Below are positions 50,974 to 64,000 of a DNA stretch of 64,000 nt, one piece after another. The position numbers and the translations under genes are program-made. The notes beneath the pieces are model-generated. The model did not search any database, was not told the origin of the DNA, and was given only the letters and a program-made list of their open reading frames with translations. The stretch comes from Mobula hypostoma. Taxonomy: Eukaryota. Within the stretch, counting starts at the first letter, position 1. Each line of letters opens with the position of its first letter. The stretch is taken from contig NC_086108.1 of assembly GCF_963921235.1 (NCBI RefSeq), forward strand, positions 13,516,001 to 13,580,000, read 5' to 3'.

Positions 50974-51804
50974 TATTACTGCCTCAGAACAACAAACTTC
51001 ACAACGCATGGCAGTGATAATAAACCTGATTCTGATTCTTCTGAAGGGAGTAACCTCACATTTACCAAATATCAATCCATTAATTCAACCTGTCAACATT
51101 ACATCAGAGTCTCTGTGCTTTTCATCATACGTCACATTTCCACTTAGTTTTGTCTTAACTGGTATCAAGTATGCTGACACCTTGGCCAAGTAAGTTCACC
51201 AGCATCTCCATTCCTTCAGGAGTCTGAACACATTCATCCCGCCAGCTTTAACCCATCCAACAATTTTTATCGATGCATTACAGAAAGTAACCTATCCTGA
51301 TGTATCACGACTTGTATAGGTTCTGCCCGTGATCACAAGAAACTACACAGTTGCAGACACAGCTCAGCATATCGCAGCAGCTTCCAGTAAGGTGGTAGTG
51401 CATTCATCGCAGTGGCCAACCAGACATTAAAGAACTTCAAGTATTGTAAATCTACCCCATCAGCAAGTTGCTCGTTAGCAAAGAAACTGAAGGAGCTGGA
51501 CTTTGTGCTGACCATGCTGCTGCTTGTATCAGAGGCACGCCAGAGGAGTCAGTGCACAAAAGCAGTGTGCAGTCTAAAGCAAAGGATCTTCAGTCACTTT
51601 TCTTGTGATCGCAAGACCCTGTTTAACATTGTTAATGTGAAATGCTGCAAGTCCAATTCATTGGTTTATCAGCGGACAGTAGGGGAGCTGCGTGGCCTTT
51701 GTTGTAGCGAAGACTCTGCCTCAAGCTGCAGTGTTGCCTGCTTACAGCCACCCAGGAAAGAGGTGCCAGAGTGCTCCACCGAAGGCAGTGTGGCCCAGCG
51801 TCCA

Positions 51805-53610
51805 AGCTGCAATTTAACCTTTAGGGAATCCTGCACAAAGACTCCCAAGTTCCTTTGTGCCTCCGTTTTTTTGAATTTCTCTCCATTTAAATTATTGTCA
51901 ACGCTTCCATCAATTCCATTGTCCAAATCATTGACATATAAACGTAAAAAAAAATTGGTCACAACACAGACGCCTGTGGAAAACAAGTCACCGGCAGCCA
52001 ACCAGAAAAGGCTCCCATTATTCCCATTCTTTGCCTCCTGCCAATCAGCCACTGCTTTATCCATGCTAGAATCTTTCCTGTAATACCAGGTCTACTGAAA
52101 ATCCAAGTACATAACATCAACTGATTCTTTGTCCACCCTGCTTGTTATTTCTTCAAAGAATTCCAACAGATTTGTCAGACAAGGTCTTCCCTTGAGGAAA
52201 CCATGCTGACGACAGCCTATTTTATCACATGCCTCCAAGTACCCTGAGACCTCATGCTTAATAATCGACTCCAACATCTGTCCAACCACTGAGATCATAA
52301 TAAATGGCCTCTAGTTTCCTTTCTGCTACCTCTCTCTCTTCTTGAGGAGTGGAGTAAAATTTGCAATTTTCCAGTTTTTCAGAACCATATCAGAATCTAG
52401 TGATCCTTCAGATTATTACTAATGCCTCCACAATCCTTTTAGCCATCTCTTTCAGAATCCTGGGGTGCATACCATCTGGTCCATGTGACTTATCTACCTT
52501 CAGACTTCAGTTCCCTTCAGGAACCTTCTCTCAAGTAATGGTAATTTCACACAGTTCATGACCCCAACACCTGGCACTTCCACCATACTGCTAGTGTCTT
52601 CCACAGTGAAGACTGTTGCAAAATACTTATTTAGTTCACCCTCCATTTTTGTCTCCCATTATTACCTTTTCAACATAGTTTTCCAAACATCCGATATCCA
52701 CTCTCACCGCTCTCTTACACTTTATGAATCTGCAAAAACTTCTGGTATCCTCTTTATTATCGGCTAGCTTACTTTTGTATTTCATTTTTATCTTCTTAAT
52801 GTCTTTTTTAGTTACCTTCTGTTGGTTTTTAAAAGCTTCCCAATCCTCTAACTTCCCACTAATTTTTGGTGTATTATATGCCCTCTCTTTGGCTTTTATG
52901 TTGGCTTTGACTTCTCTGTTAGCCATGGTTGTGTCATCTTGCCTTTAGAATACTTCTTCCTCTTTGGGATGTATACATCCTGCGCTTTCCAAATTGCTTC
53001 CAGAAATTCCAGCCATTGCTGCTCTGCCATCATCACGGCCAATGTTCCCTTCCAATAAATTCTGCCCAACTCCTCTCTCATGCCTCTGGAATTCCCTTTA
53101 CTCCACTGTAATACTGACACAGCTAACTTTAGATTTTCCTTCTCAAATTTCAAGGTGAATTCGATCATATTATGATCACTTGCCCCAAGGGCTTTTTTAA
53201 AACCTTGAGCTCTTTGATCAGTTCCAGCTCATTGCACAACACCCAATCCAGAATAGCTGATCCCCTGGTGGGCTGAACCACGAGCTGCTCTAAAAAGCCA
53301 TCTTGTAAGCATTCTAGAAATTACTCTTCTTGGAATCCAGCATCAACCTGATCTTCCCAATCTTCCTGTATATTGAAATCCCCCATTACATTGCCCGTTT
53401 GGCATGCACTTTGTATCTCCCATTGTAATTTGTTGACCACATCCTTACTACTGTTTGGAGGTCTGCAACAACTCCCAACAGGATCTTTTTACACTTATAG
53501 TCCCTTAGCTCTATCCACAATGATTCAATAATTTCCGACCCTATGTCACCTATTTCTATTGATTTGATTTCATTGTTTACTAACAGAGCAACGCTGCCCC
53601 CTCTGCCTTC
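51805..53610 (-). mobile_element. Degraded CR1 ORF2
   Basis: QHGFLKGRPCLTNLLEFFEEITSRVDK...YLDFQ in ORF 52092..52298. Confidence 0.85.
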
Positions 53611-54017
53611 CTGTTCAAGTTTCCGTCAAGTTTTGCATCTCTTTGCCCAGCCAGCCATCACTGAACTCGGTTTCAGTTTATGAGTTGCTGTGCAGTGCAA
53701 GGAATATCCAATCAAAGGAATAAACAAACCTCTCAGTTCTCATTATATTTCCCCTCGACACGGGTGAAGTTCCTCTCCCTCAGATCCATACAATCTGTTA
53801 CATCTGGTAAGGTGAAGAGATTTGAAATGTTTGGAAGCAAAGACCAATATGAACTGCTGACGTTCTGTCCCCAAATGCATTCCTACAAAGAAAACTGAAT
53901 GGATTGTGCAATAAAGCAACAAATGCATCACAAATGGGTCCAAGAGAGTTTCTTAAATTGACATGGAGGTCATTACAGATCTATAGACAAAAAGCTCAAG
54001 AATTAAAACAGAACTTA

Positions 54018-54176
<159 letters not shown>

Positions 54177-55039
54177 TCAGCAAGGTCCTATTCACAATAG
54201 TCTTTTAATATCTATAATTAAATGTACAGAGTAACCCACAAAATTTGAGATTAGTATTATGAAATATAAAGTGTATAAATTGCAAGAGATAATGTCCATT
54301 CAGTGAGCCTAATGGTAATCCGAAACAACTTCATTTTCTGACTAAGGACAAAATTCCCTCATTATTCTGTATTCCTGTATTGTGTCAATAACAAAAAGAA
54401 AATCAATCATGGAATCCCAATCAGGCAGTGGATTCCAAACTACAGCCTCCTCTAGGTAAAAATATTCTTCGTTAGCTTTGCATACCTTGGATTTGTGCAA
54501 AAATTTCTATGAAACTATGCCCTTCATTATTTTGCATCCTTCTATCAGGTTCCTCTGTTCCCAAACAACCCCAATCCTTCCTCCATTGCTGAAATGATCC
54601 ATCACAGAATGCATCCTTAAAAATCATCCCTGCAATCTCTCCAGCACAATTATGATCTTCCTCATAAGCCAGATGTACCCAAAATATTCCAGCTGTTTTT
54701 AAACACTACAAACCAATGTTTAATAAATTTGTATGACATCTTCTCTGTTCTTACAGTACGTATATTCTATGGTCTGGTGAGTGATGACAAAATACATAGA
54801 TTAGTAAATTGGTTTGTTATTGTCACATGTACTGAGTGCAGTGGAAAAAATTTGTTTTGCATGCCGACTCTACAGATAATTCCATCGCATCAGTACTTTA
54901 AGGTAACACACAGGAAAAGCAATTAAGAATGCCAAACTTACAACACAAAAGATTCTGCAGATACTGGAAATCATGAGCAACACAGCTGGAAAATGATGGA
55001 GAAATGGTGGTCAAACTTAATTAATAATTTGCATCACTC

Positions 55040-56125
55040 TTTACTGTGGAAGACACCAGCAAAATGCCAGAAATTCAAGAATGTCTGTGCACTGGAGTGT
55101 GTGCAGTTGCTGATAATAAGAAGGTGCTTGGGAAGCTGAAAAGTCTGAAGGTAGACAAGTTACCTGGACCAGGTGGACTAAATCCCAAGGTTCTGAAAGA
55201 GATTGTGGAGGCATTAGTAGTGATCTTTCAAGAATCACTAGATTCTGGAATGGTTCCTGAGAACTGCAAATATCATTCCACTCTTTCAGAAGGAAGGAAG
55301 GCAAAAGACAGTAAATTATATAGCCTGACTTGGTGGTTGGGAAGATGTTCAGTATCAGCATCAGACTTAATATCATCAGCAAATGTGAAATGTTGTTATG
55401 CGGTAGCAATACATAATAATAAAAACTGAATTAGTTAAATTAAATAAGTATGGCAAAAAAAAAAGTGAGGTGGTGTTCATGAGTTCAGTGCCCACTTCAA
55501 TAGCTGAGGTTCCTGTATCTCTTTCCCTGATGGAAGCAATGAGAAGAGGGCATGTCCTGGGTGATAGGGATCCTTAATGATGGACGTCACCTTTTTGAGG
55601 CATCGGTCCTTGAAATGTTCTGGATGCTGCGTAGGCTAGTGCCAATGATGGAGCTGACCAAGTTGGAGTCCAATCTGAAGAATGAGATTTCAGGGTCCAA
55701 GTAACTTCCATGAAAAACTCTACAACATTAGTTAGACATGACCTACCATGCACGAAGCCATGCTGACTATCTCTAATCAGTCCAAGCCTATCCAAATACT
55801 TACATATCTGGTCCCTTAGAATACCTTCCAATAACATTCCCACTACTGATGTCAGGCTCAGCCTATAGTTTCCTGGTTTATATTTTGAGTGTTTCTTGAA
55901 CAGTAGAACTTTGCCCATCTTCCAGTCCTCTGGTACCTCACCTGTTGCTAAGGATGATTTAAATATCTCTGCTAGGGCCCTGACAATTTCTGCACTTGCA
56001 TGCCCTGGGGATTTATCCATCCTAATTTGCCTCAGGACAGCAAACATCTTCTCCTCTGTAATCTGTATAGGGTCTGTGAAGTTGATGCTGCTTTGCCTCA
56101 CTTCTATAGAGTCTGTATCTGTCTA
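55040..56125. mobile_element. Mosaic: CR1 (+, about 55040-55350), Rex-type (-, about 55350-55680), CR1 (-, about 55695-56125)
   Basis: LKSLKVDKLPGPGGLNPKVLKEI (+). QHGFVHGRSCLTNVVEFF (-). Confidence 0.75.
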
Positions 56126-56127
56126 GC

Positions 56128-57775
56128 AGTGTGGTGGAAGTTGCAGGAGTTGGGGGTCATGAAGTGTGTGATGTTACCATTACTAGAGAGAGGTTTCTTG
56201 GGAAACTCGAAGGTCTGAAAGCTAGGTAAGTCAGCTGGACCAGATAGTGCACAGTCCAGAGTTCTGAAAGAGGTGGCTAAGAGATCATGGAGGCATTAGT
56301 AATAATCTTTCAAGAATCACCAGATTCTGGAATGGTTCCAGAAGACTGGAAAATTGAAAATACCACTCTACTCCTCAAGACAAGAGAGAGGCAGAAGAAA
56401 GGCCAGGCCAGTTAGTCTGACCTCAGTGGTTGGGAAGATGTTGAAGTTATTAAGAAAGACACCTCAGGGTACTTGGAGGGATATGATAAAATAGGCCATA
56501 GTCAGCATGGTTTCCTCAAGGGAAGATCTTGCCTGACAAATCTGTTGGAATTCTTTGAAGAAATAACAAGCAGGATAGACAAAGGAGAATCATTTGATGT
56601 TATGTACTTGGATTTTCAGAAGACCTTTGACAAGATACCACAATTGAGCCTGCTTTAAAAGCTTCGAACCCATGGTATTACAGGAAAGATTCTAGCATGG
56701 ATAAAGCAATAGCTGATTGGTAGGAGGCAAAGAGTGGGAATAAAGGGAGCCTTTTCTGGTTGGTTGTCAGTAACTAGTGGTGTTCCACAGGGGTCTGTGT
56801 TAGGACTGATTCTTTCTATGTTATATGTCAATGATTTGGATGATGGAAATGATGGGCTTGTTGCAAAGTTTGCAGATGTTACGAAAATAGATGGAGGGGC
56901 AAGTAGTTTTGAGGAAATAAGGAGGCTACTGAAGGACTTAGACAAAGAGAATGGGCAAAGAAGTAGCAGATGGAATACAGAGCAAGGAAGTCAAGCACTT
57001 TGATAGAAGAAATGAAAGAGTTGACTATTTTCTTAATGGAAAAAAAATACAAAAATCTAAGGTGCAAAGAGACTTGGGAGTCCTTGTGCAGGATTCCCTA
57101 AAGTTAATTTGCAGGTTGAGCCTGTGGTGAGGAAGGCAAATATGATGTCAGCATTCATTTCAACAGGGCTAGAATATAAAGGCAAGAGTGCAATGTTGAG
57201 ATTTTATAAAGCACTGGTGACACCTAACTTGGGAGCATTGTTGGCAGTTTTGGGCCCCTCATCTTGGAAAGGATGTGCTGAAACTGGATAAAGTTCAAAG
57301 GAGGGTCACGAAAATGATTCCAGTATTAACCGGTTTGTCATAAGAGCAGTTCTGGGCCTATATTCACTGTAATTTAGAAGAATGAGGGGTGACCTCATTG
57401 AAACCTATCAAATGGTGAAAGGCCTCGATAGAGTGGGTGTGGAAAGGAAGTTTCCTATGGTGGGAGTGTCTACTACCAGAGGACAGAGCCTCAAAACAGA
57501 GGGGTGTCTTTTTAGAACTGTGATGAGGAATTTCTTTAGCCAGAGATTGGTGAATCTGTGGAATTTTTTGCCAATGGCAGCTGTGAAGGCCAAGTCTTCA
57601 TGTACATTTAAGACAGAGGTTGATAGATTCTCGACTGGTCAGGCCATGAAGGGATATTGGGGGGGAATGCAGAAGTTTGGGGCTGAGGGGAAAAATGGAT
57701 CAGCCATGATGAAATGGTAGAGTAGACTGGATGTGCCAAATGGTCTAATTCTACACCTTTATCTTATGGGTCTTA
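56128..57775 (+). mobile_element. 5'-truncated CR1 LINE ORF2
   Basis: ORFs 56473, 56734 and 57382: QHGFLKGRSCLTNLLEFFEE, KFADVTKIDG, RGDLIETYQ. Confidence 0.9.
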
Positions 57776-58400
57776 AAACTAATAGAATTGTGGTCACTAA
57801 TGCTTGCTATTTCATTCCCTCAGTGGAGGCCCAGTGCTGTTTCCCCTCTAGTAGCTTTCTTGAATACATTTAACACCCTCCTTCCCGTCCGAGCCCTTTA
57901 CAATATTAGTGACCAGTCGATATTAAGGAAGTTTAAAATCTCCCAATTATTCTTACATCTCTCAGTGATTACACCACATATCTCCTCCTGTAATTCTTGC
58001 AGACTATTGGAGGGCTTCTAATTCAGTCCCAACAAAGTGATAGTTGATGGAAATAGCCTTGCAGGACCACAGAGAAGGGCAAGAGAGATGAAAAGCTGAA
58101 CTCCGCTACAGTTTGCATGAATATAATGCCTCCCAAATGAGATTGTGAAAATTTTCAGCTCAAGTTCACTTGTTACAAACACAGAATGGTGGGGACACGG
58201 GTGCTGCAACAAAATGTTCCAATTTCTGTGGCAATAAAACTGTAGTATTTGCTTTCAATTCCATGTCAATCTTGTTACATATTTTAGAAGTTTAAAAGTG
58301 GTACTCCACACATCCAGACAATTCTAAATTCATGCAATCTCTCCATAAAGAAAACACTACACACCAAGTAATAGATAACAGACATTTCAGAGGATGTTAC

Positions 58401-58517
58401 CTGCACATCCAAAGGCCAAGTGGTACCTAGACGTTGGGCTGAACTTAACACAGCAAACATTGGCTTTTGCTTCAATGCTCGCCACAGAGTTGTCCAAGTT
58501 TGTGGACCACAATTTCA
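58401..58517 (-). CDS. COP1: COP1/RFWD2 coding exon (WD40), first visible in window
   Basis: tttcag|TGAAATTGTGG...GGATGTGCAG|gtaaca. Encodes (V)[38 protein letters not shown], nearly identical to vertebrate COP1. 117 nt, phase 1/1. Confidence 0.96.
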
Positions 58518-58864
58518 CTGAAATTAAACCAAATGAATTAATAAAAACAGCCATCAAATTAAACAACACAAAACAAAAATCAGGAAATTTATTATTAGAG
58601 AAATTCTGGATGGAATCAGCATCCAAGCCTTGATTAAGAGGGATATTTTGCTATGCTAAAAAGTGAAGCGCATGACTGCACTTGCTGCCTGTTAAATTTT
58701 ACAGAAAAGGACAGCTTCAAAAATAATGGATCAACTTTTCCTTTGTTTGAAGAGCTGATCTTCTCAACTCTACTTTGCCTCCTTTCCCAAAAAGCTTGGA
58801 GGTCTGCAGATATCCAGCAATCAAACAACTCGGAAGTTTCATGGTTAGCATTAATGAGATTAAA

Positions 58865-59406
58865 CACTCAGTGGCCACATATTAGGTACAGGAGTAGAAT
58901 CCCATGTGGTCTTCTGCAGCTGTAGCCCATCCACTTCAAGGTTTAGTGTCATGTACTTTCAGAGATGCTCTTCTGCACATCACTGTTGTAACGTGGTTAT
59001 TTGAGTTACTGTCAACTTTCATGTCAGTTGAACCAGTTTGGCCATTCTCCTCTGACCTCCCTCATAACAAGGCATTTTCACCCCCAGAACTGCTGCTGGC
59101 TGGATTTTTTTTTTTGTTTTTCCACACCATTCCCTGTAAACTCTAGAGACTGTTGTGTATGAAAATCCCAGGAGCTAAGCAGTTTCTGAGAGACTCAAAC
59201 CACTGCATCTGGTACCAACAATCATTCCAAGATCAAAGTCACTTGGGTCACATTCTTCCCCACTCTGATGTTTGGTCTGAACAATAAATGAACCTCTTGA
59301 CCATGTCAGCATGCTTTTTTGCATTGAGTTGCCACCTCATGACTAATTAGATATTTGTATTAATGAGTAGGTGTACAGGTGTACCTAATAAAGTGGCCAT
59401 TGAGTG
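58865..59406 (-). mobile_element. Non-autonomous Tc1-like element, same family as 48820-49344, opposite orientation
   Basis: TIR CACTCAGTGGCCACATATTAGGTACA / TGTACCTAATAAAGTGGCCATTGAGTG|TA. Confidence 0.85.
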
Positions 59407-60881
59407 TAAATTGTTCAGGTTGTTTAAGAACTTTGATTTTAAGTTTGCACTATTGGATTAATAGTGCAGATATCCAGATTAATAGAGTAACACAACAACC
59501 CCAATGGAGAATGATTTGGAAATATGCAATACACTTTGAACTTGAACTGGAAAATCTTTTGGCAGGATGAAGCATTTTATCTCTTTCCAGTGAAGTTGTT
59601 TAATTTTATACATGGCAGTTTACTTAGTCATAAGAATTAGTAGAGTGTTGTGTCCCAAACATAAACTGCCACTCATTAAGATTGCACTGATCTTCCATTT
59701 AAACACCATTTTCTCATCTTATGACCTTTTTCCATAGTTTTCTATTATCTAAAAATACTTCAATTTTGAATGAAATTTAAAACTGAGCTTCCACAGACCT
59801 CTGTGGCAGAGAATTCCAACAATTCATTATTCATAAAGTGAAGAAATTGATTATCATTTTAATGCTTCCCACCCCCCATGAGACCCTTAACAATAATGTA
59901 TATTCTTGTAAACTGTAGAGGACTGTGGCCTAGCCTTTTCAAACTTTCCTCACGACAGTGTTCTCAGTATCTCAATTAGGTTTACTACTATGTTCTTGCA
60001 AAAGCAAGTAAATTCTTTGCGTTATATGTAAGCAGACTAAAATTGTACACAATTCTCCAGGTGTTGTCTTGCCAAGATTCTGCATAATAAAGCATCTTTA
60101 CTCGGCTAATAAACATATCATTTGCCTCCCTAATTGCTTACTACTCCTGCATGATCATTTTCCATGTCATGTTTTCCTATATAGAATTCTAAAGTCATCC
60201 TGATCCTCAGGCTTACAGCTCTTCTGACGAAATTATAAATTTTTTCCTTAGATTTACTACAATCTGAAAACTCTATTGCAATCCACGACTGGAACCCATT
60301 TTACCTTTCTGCCTTGAATAATGTATATTTGTTGCAAATTATGTTAATGTTCATCATTTCTCGAGTACTACCATACCATTAAAGTGTTTCCCATTCAACA
60401 ACTGCCAACAAATTCTTCATTTTATAATATTCTTTGTTTGGATTGAACTGCATTACCCCGAACTGCAAATTTCAAGCATTTTATGGTCATCCTCTTTGCA
60501 CAGCATTTGAGTTATCCCTTTCCGATTGTACAATACTAAATCGAAAACAAACCTGTTAGTTTCCCAACATAATTCTGGAAACCCACCTTTATGCATTCCA
60601 GGAATCCATTCTCTACATTGCTTATGCTACTCTGATTTGCTCAGTTTTCATGTAGATTAAAATTCCAAATGTGCTATCTTTGGTACATGCGCCTATAATT
60701 TCTTTGTTTTGTTAAAATACAATTCTTGACATCCAATGTTCCCTCAATAATTTTTTTTTTTCACACCTGCACGGACCAAGCACTGCTCTGAGAAGGAAAT
60801 TCTTAACCGACCTGAAAACTGCATGGCACTTTAACATTATATAAAAGAAAACTCCAGCTCTGCAGCAACAAAGGAAAGTTA

Positions 60882-63232
60882 GAGAACATAGAAAAACTAC
60901 AGCACAATACAGACCCTTCGGCCCACAATTCCTTGCCGAACATGTACTCAATTTAGAAATTACCTAGGGTTACCCATAGCCCTCTATTTTTCTAAACTCT
61001 ATGTACCTATCCTCTGCATAAAAAACTTACCTGACATCTCCTCTGTACCCACTTCCAAGCACCTTAAAACTGTGCCCTTTATACAAGAGTACAGCACAGA
61101 AAAAGGCTCTTAGGCCCATCTAGTCCATGGCAAACCATTTAAACTGTCTAGTTCCATTGACCTGTACATGACCCATAACCATCCATACACCTGTTATTCA
61201 TGTACTTATCCAAATTTATCTTAAACATTGAAATCGAAATTGTATCCACCACTTGCACTGGCAGATCATTCCACACACTCACCATCCTGAGTGAAGATTT
61301 CCCCAATGTTCCCCTTAACCTTTTAACCTTTCACCCTTAACCCATGACCTCAAGTTCTAGTCCCACCTAATCTCATTGGAAAAAGCACGCTTGCATTTTC
61401 CTGATCTATACTCCTCATAATGTTGAATACCTCTATCAACTCCCCTCTCAATTTTCTACTTTCCAAGGAATAAAGTCCGAACCTATTCAATCTTAGTCCC
61501 CCAGTCCCAGCAAAATTGTATATTTTCTCTATACTCTTTCAACCTTATTTACATCTTTCCTGTAGGGAGATGACCAAAACTGCACACAATAATCTAAGTT
61601 TAAGCCTCACCAATGTGTTACATACTTCAACATAACATCCCATCTCCTGTACTCAATACGTTGTTTTATGAAGGCTAATCTGCCTAAAGCCAGTGATGCC
61701 ACTTTCAACAAATCCCGCTGGACAAAGATTCTTTCATTCCTCATTGCCTTATTGTTCACTGACTAAGACCTACACTGGTTGGTCCTACCAAAGTGCAAAA
61801 CCCCACACTTGTCTGCATTAAATTCCATCTGCCATTTTTCAGCCCATTTTTTCAGCTAGTTCCAGATCCCACTGCAAGCTCTGATAGTCTTCCTCATTGT
61901 CTACTACACCTCCAATCTTGGTATCATCCACAAGTTTGCTGATCAGTTAACCACATTATCATTCAGATGGTTGATACAGATGACAAACAACAACGGACAA
62001 AGCACCAAACCCTGTGGCACTCCAGTAGTCACAGGCCTCCAGACAGGCAACCATCTACTACCACTTTCTGGCTTCTCCCATAAAGCTAATGTCTAATCCC
62101 ATTAACAAAGTCGTCTTGAATGCAAAGTAACAATCTTTATACACTATCTCATAGAAAATCTTCTAATAAATTTTCCATAACTGATGTCAGATTCACTGGC
62201 CTATAATTTACTGGCTTCTTTTTAGAGCCCTTCTTAAACAGCAGAACAACATTATCTACCCTCCAATCCTCAGGTACCTCACCTGCAGGTAAGTATAATT
62301 TAAATATCTCTGCTAAGGACCCTGCAATTTCTGCATTTGCCTCCCACAGGGTTTAAGGGAACATCTCATCAGGCCCTGAGAATTTATCCACCCTAATTTG
62401 CCTCAAGATAGTGAACACTCCTCCTCTGTAATCTGTATAGGGTCCATGAACTTGATGTCGCTTTGCCTCATTTTTTTTAGACTCTGTCAGTCTCCTGAGT
62501 AAATCCAAATGTAAAAAATTCATTTCAAGAATCCTCCCATCTCTTTTGTCTCCACGCATAATTACCATACTGATCTTCCAAAGGACCAATTTTGTCCCTT
62601 GCAATCTTTTTGCTCTTAATATATCTATCAAAGCCCTTGGGATTCTCCTTCACTTTACCTGATAGGGCAAGCTAATTGCTTCATTTAGTCCTCCTGATTT
62701 CTTTTGTAAGTGTTCTTTTACATTTCCTACACTCCATAAGGACCTCATTTGTACCTAACTGCCTATAGCTCCTATGTACCTCCTTTTTGTTTCTTAAACA
62801 GTGCCTCAATATCACTTGAAACTTAATGTTCCCTAAACCTATTATCTTTACCTTTTATTCTGGCATACACAAGCTTTGTACTCTCAAGATTTCACTTTTG
62901 AAGGTCTCCCACTTACCAAGTATACCTTTGACAGTAACCTGCCTGTCCCAATCCACACTTGCCAGATCCTTTCTCCAATTTAGAATCTCAACCTGTGGAT
63001 CAGACCTATCATTTTGCATATTTACTTTGAAACTAATGGCATTGTTATCACTAGATGTCACCTTCCCTGCTTCATTCCCTAATAAACACATCAAATATTG
63101 CATACGCTCTCGTTGGTACTTCTCTGTATCGATTAAGGAAACTTTCCTGAACACAGTTATCAAACTCTATCCCATCTAGTATAGGAGTCCCAGTTAATAT
63201 GTGGAAGTTAAAATCACCTACTATAACAACTT
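60882..63232 (-). mobile_element. Degraded CR1 LINE(s)
   Basis: gaacatagaaaaactacagcac tail. tgaccaaaactgcacacaat and ccatttttcagcccatttt are antisense RT motifs. Confidence 0.85.
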
Positions 63233-64000
63233 TAAGAGAAGAGACAAGAGGTCCACAAGAGAAAATTTAGAGAGAAAGGTACAGAACTGGAAAACAGGAC
63301 CTCCAGGGTAACAATCTCAGGATTGCTGCCTGTGCCACTCACCAGTGAAAGCAAGAACAGGATGACTTGGCAGATGAATACATGGCTGAGGAACAGGTGC
63401 AGGGGCAGTGTCTGAGGTTTATGGATCACTGGTATCTCTTCTGGGGAAGGCATGACTTATTAGGTTACAAGCAGAGGTAGTGTTTAGTGAGATCATTGGG
63501 AAGGACAAGCAGATGATAGTGGAAATTGCAATCAGTGCGCTGGGTGTGGAGATAAAAGATTGGAAGGTGTGACGCTGTGGGTATCATGAAGTCATAGCTG
63601 AAACATAAAATTGACCCTGATGGGAGTTACTTACATGCCTCCGAACAGTAGCCAGGAGGTGCTTTACAAATTACAGCGGGAGATAGAAAAAACATGTCAT
63701 AGGGGACTTCAATGTACAGTTTAGTTGGGAAAATCAAGTTGGTGCTAGATTCCAAGAGATGGCTTTTTGGAGCAGCTTGTAGTGGAGCCGATTAGGGGAT
63801 CAGCATTTCTGGATTGCGAGTTGAGTAATGAACCAAGTACAATTAGGGAGGTTAAGGTAATGGAGCCCTTAGGAAACTGTGATGATAATATGTTAGAATT
63901 CACCCTGCAATTTGAGAGGGAGAGGCTAACAATAGATGTATCTATATTGCAGTGAATTAGAGGCGGGAGAGAGAAGTTGGCCAAAGTTGAATGGAATGGG
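63233..64000 (+). mobile_element. Degraded CR1 5' region (ORF1 end and endonuclease start), runs off the window
   Basis: gtaacaatctcaggattgctgcctgtgcc (ORF1), GDFN, EQLVVEPIRGSAFLD...EPLGNCDDN. Confidence 0.75.

Noticed and set aside
51412..52083. 223-aa plus-strand ORF
   Set aside because: It spans antisense CR1 sequence and an unclassified repeat-like stretch, with no recognisable domain or splice structure.
58520..64000. Next upstream COP1 exon ([26 protein letters not shown]-like)
   Set aside because: No matching sequence seen; presumably beyond the window end.

Overview
Eukaryotic, repeat-dense vertebrate DNA. The mix of CR1, Rex/Babar, Penelope and V-SINE-like repeats suggests a cartilaginous fish, probably a ray (inference). 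The only host gene I can support is the 3' part of COP1/RFWD2 (E3 ubiquitin ligase, WD40 domain) on the minus strand: six coding exons with GT-AG junctions and consistent phases (58517-58401, 54136-54019, 39983-39859, 37739-37579, 31258-31214, 30890-30873 with TGA), followed by a TE-poor putative 3'UTR. Nearly all other ORFs in the track are TE fragments or their antisense frames. Most notable accessory features: (1) a non-autonomous Helitron (A|TC...hairpin-CTAG|T) carrying decayed 23-aa STPR-type repeats, split by a young CR1; (2) short (about 135-225 bp) Penelope-derived insertions that start at a minimal type-I hammerhead ribozyme motif, three with target-site duplications, one forming a ~90-bp palindrome and one sense to the COP1 pre-mRNA; (3) a deleted Gmr1-like Gypsy element whose missing pol segment seems to reappear just downstream between 10-bp direct repeats; (4) a hairpin + B-box-like + T5 motif in the small last COP1 intron. 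There are no prokaryotic-type systems, CRISPR arrays, rRNA or intact tRNA genes. LINE fragment boundaries are approximate and set by eye.
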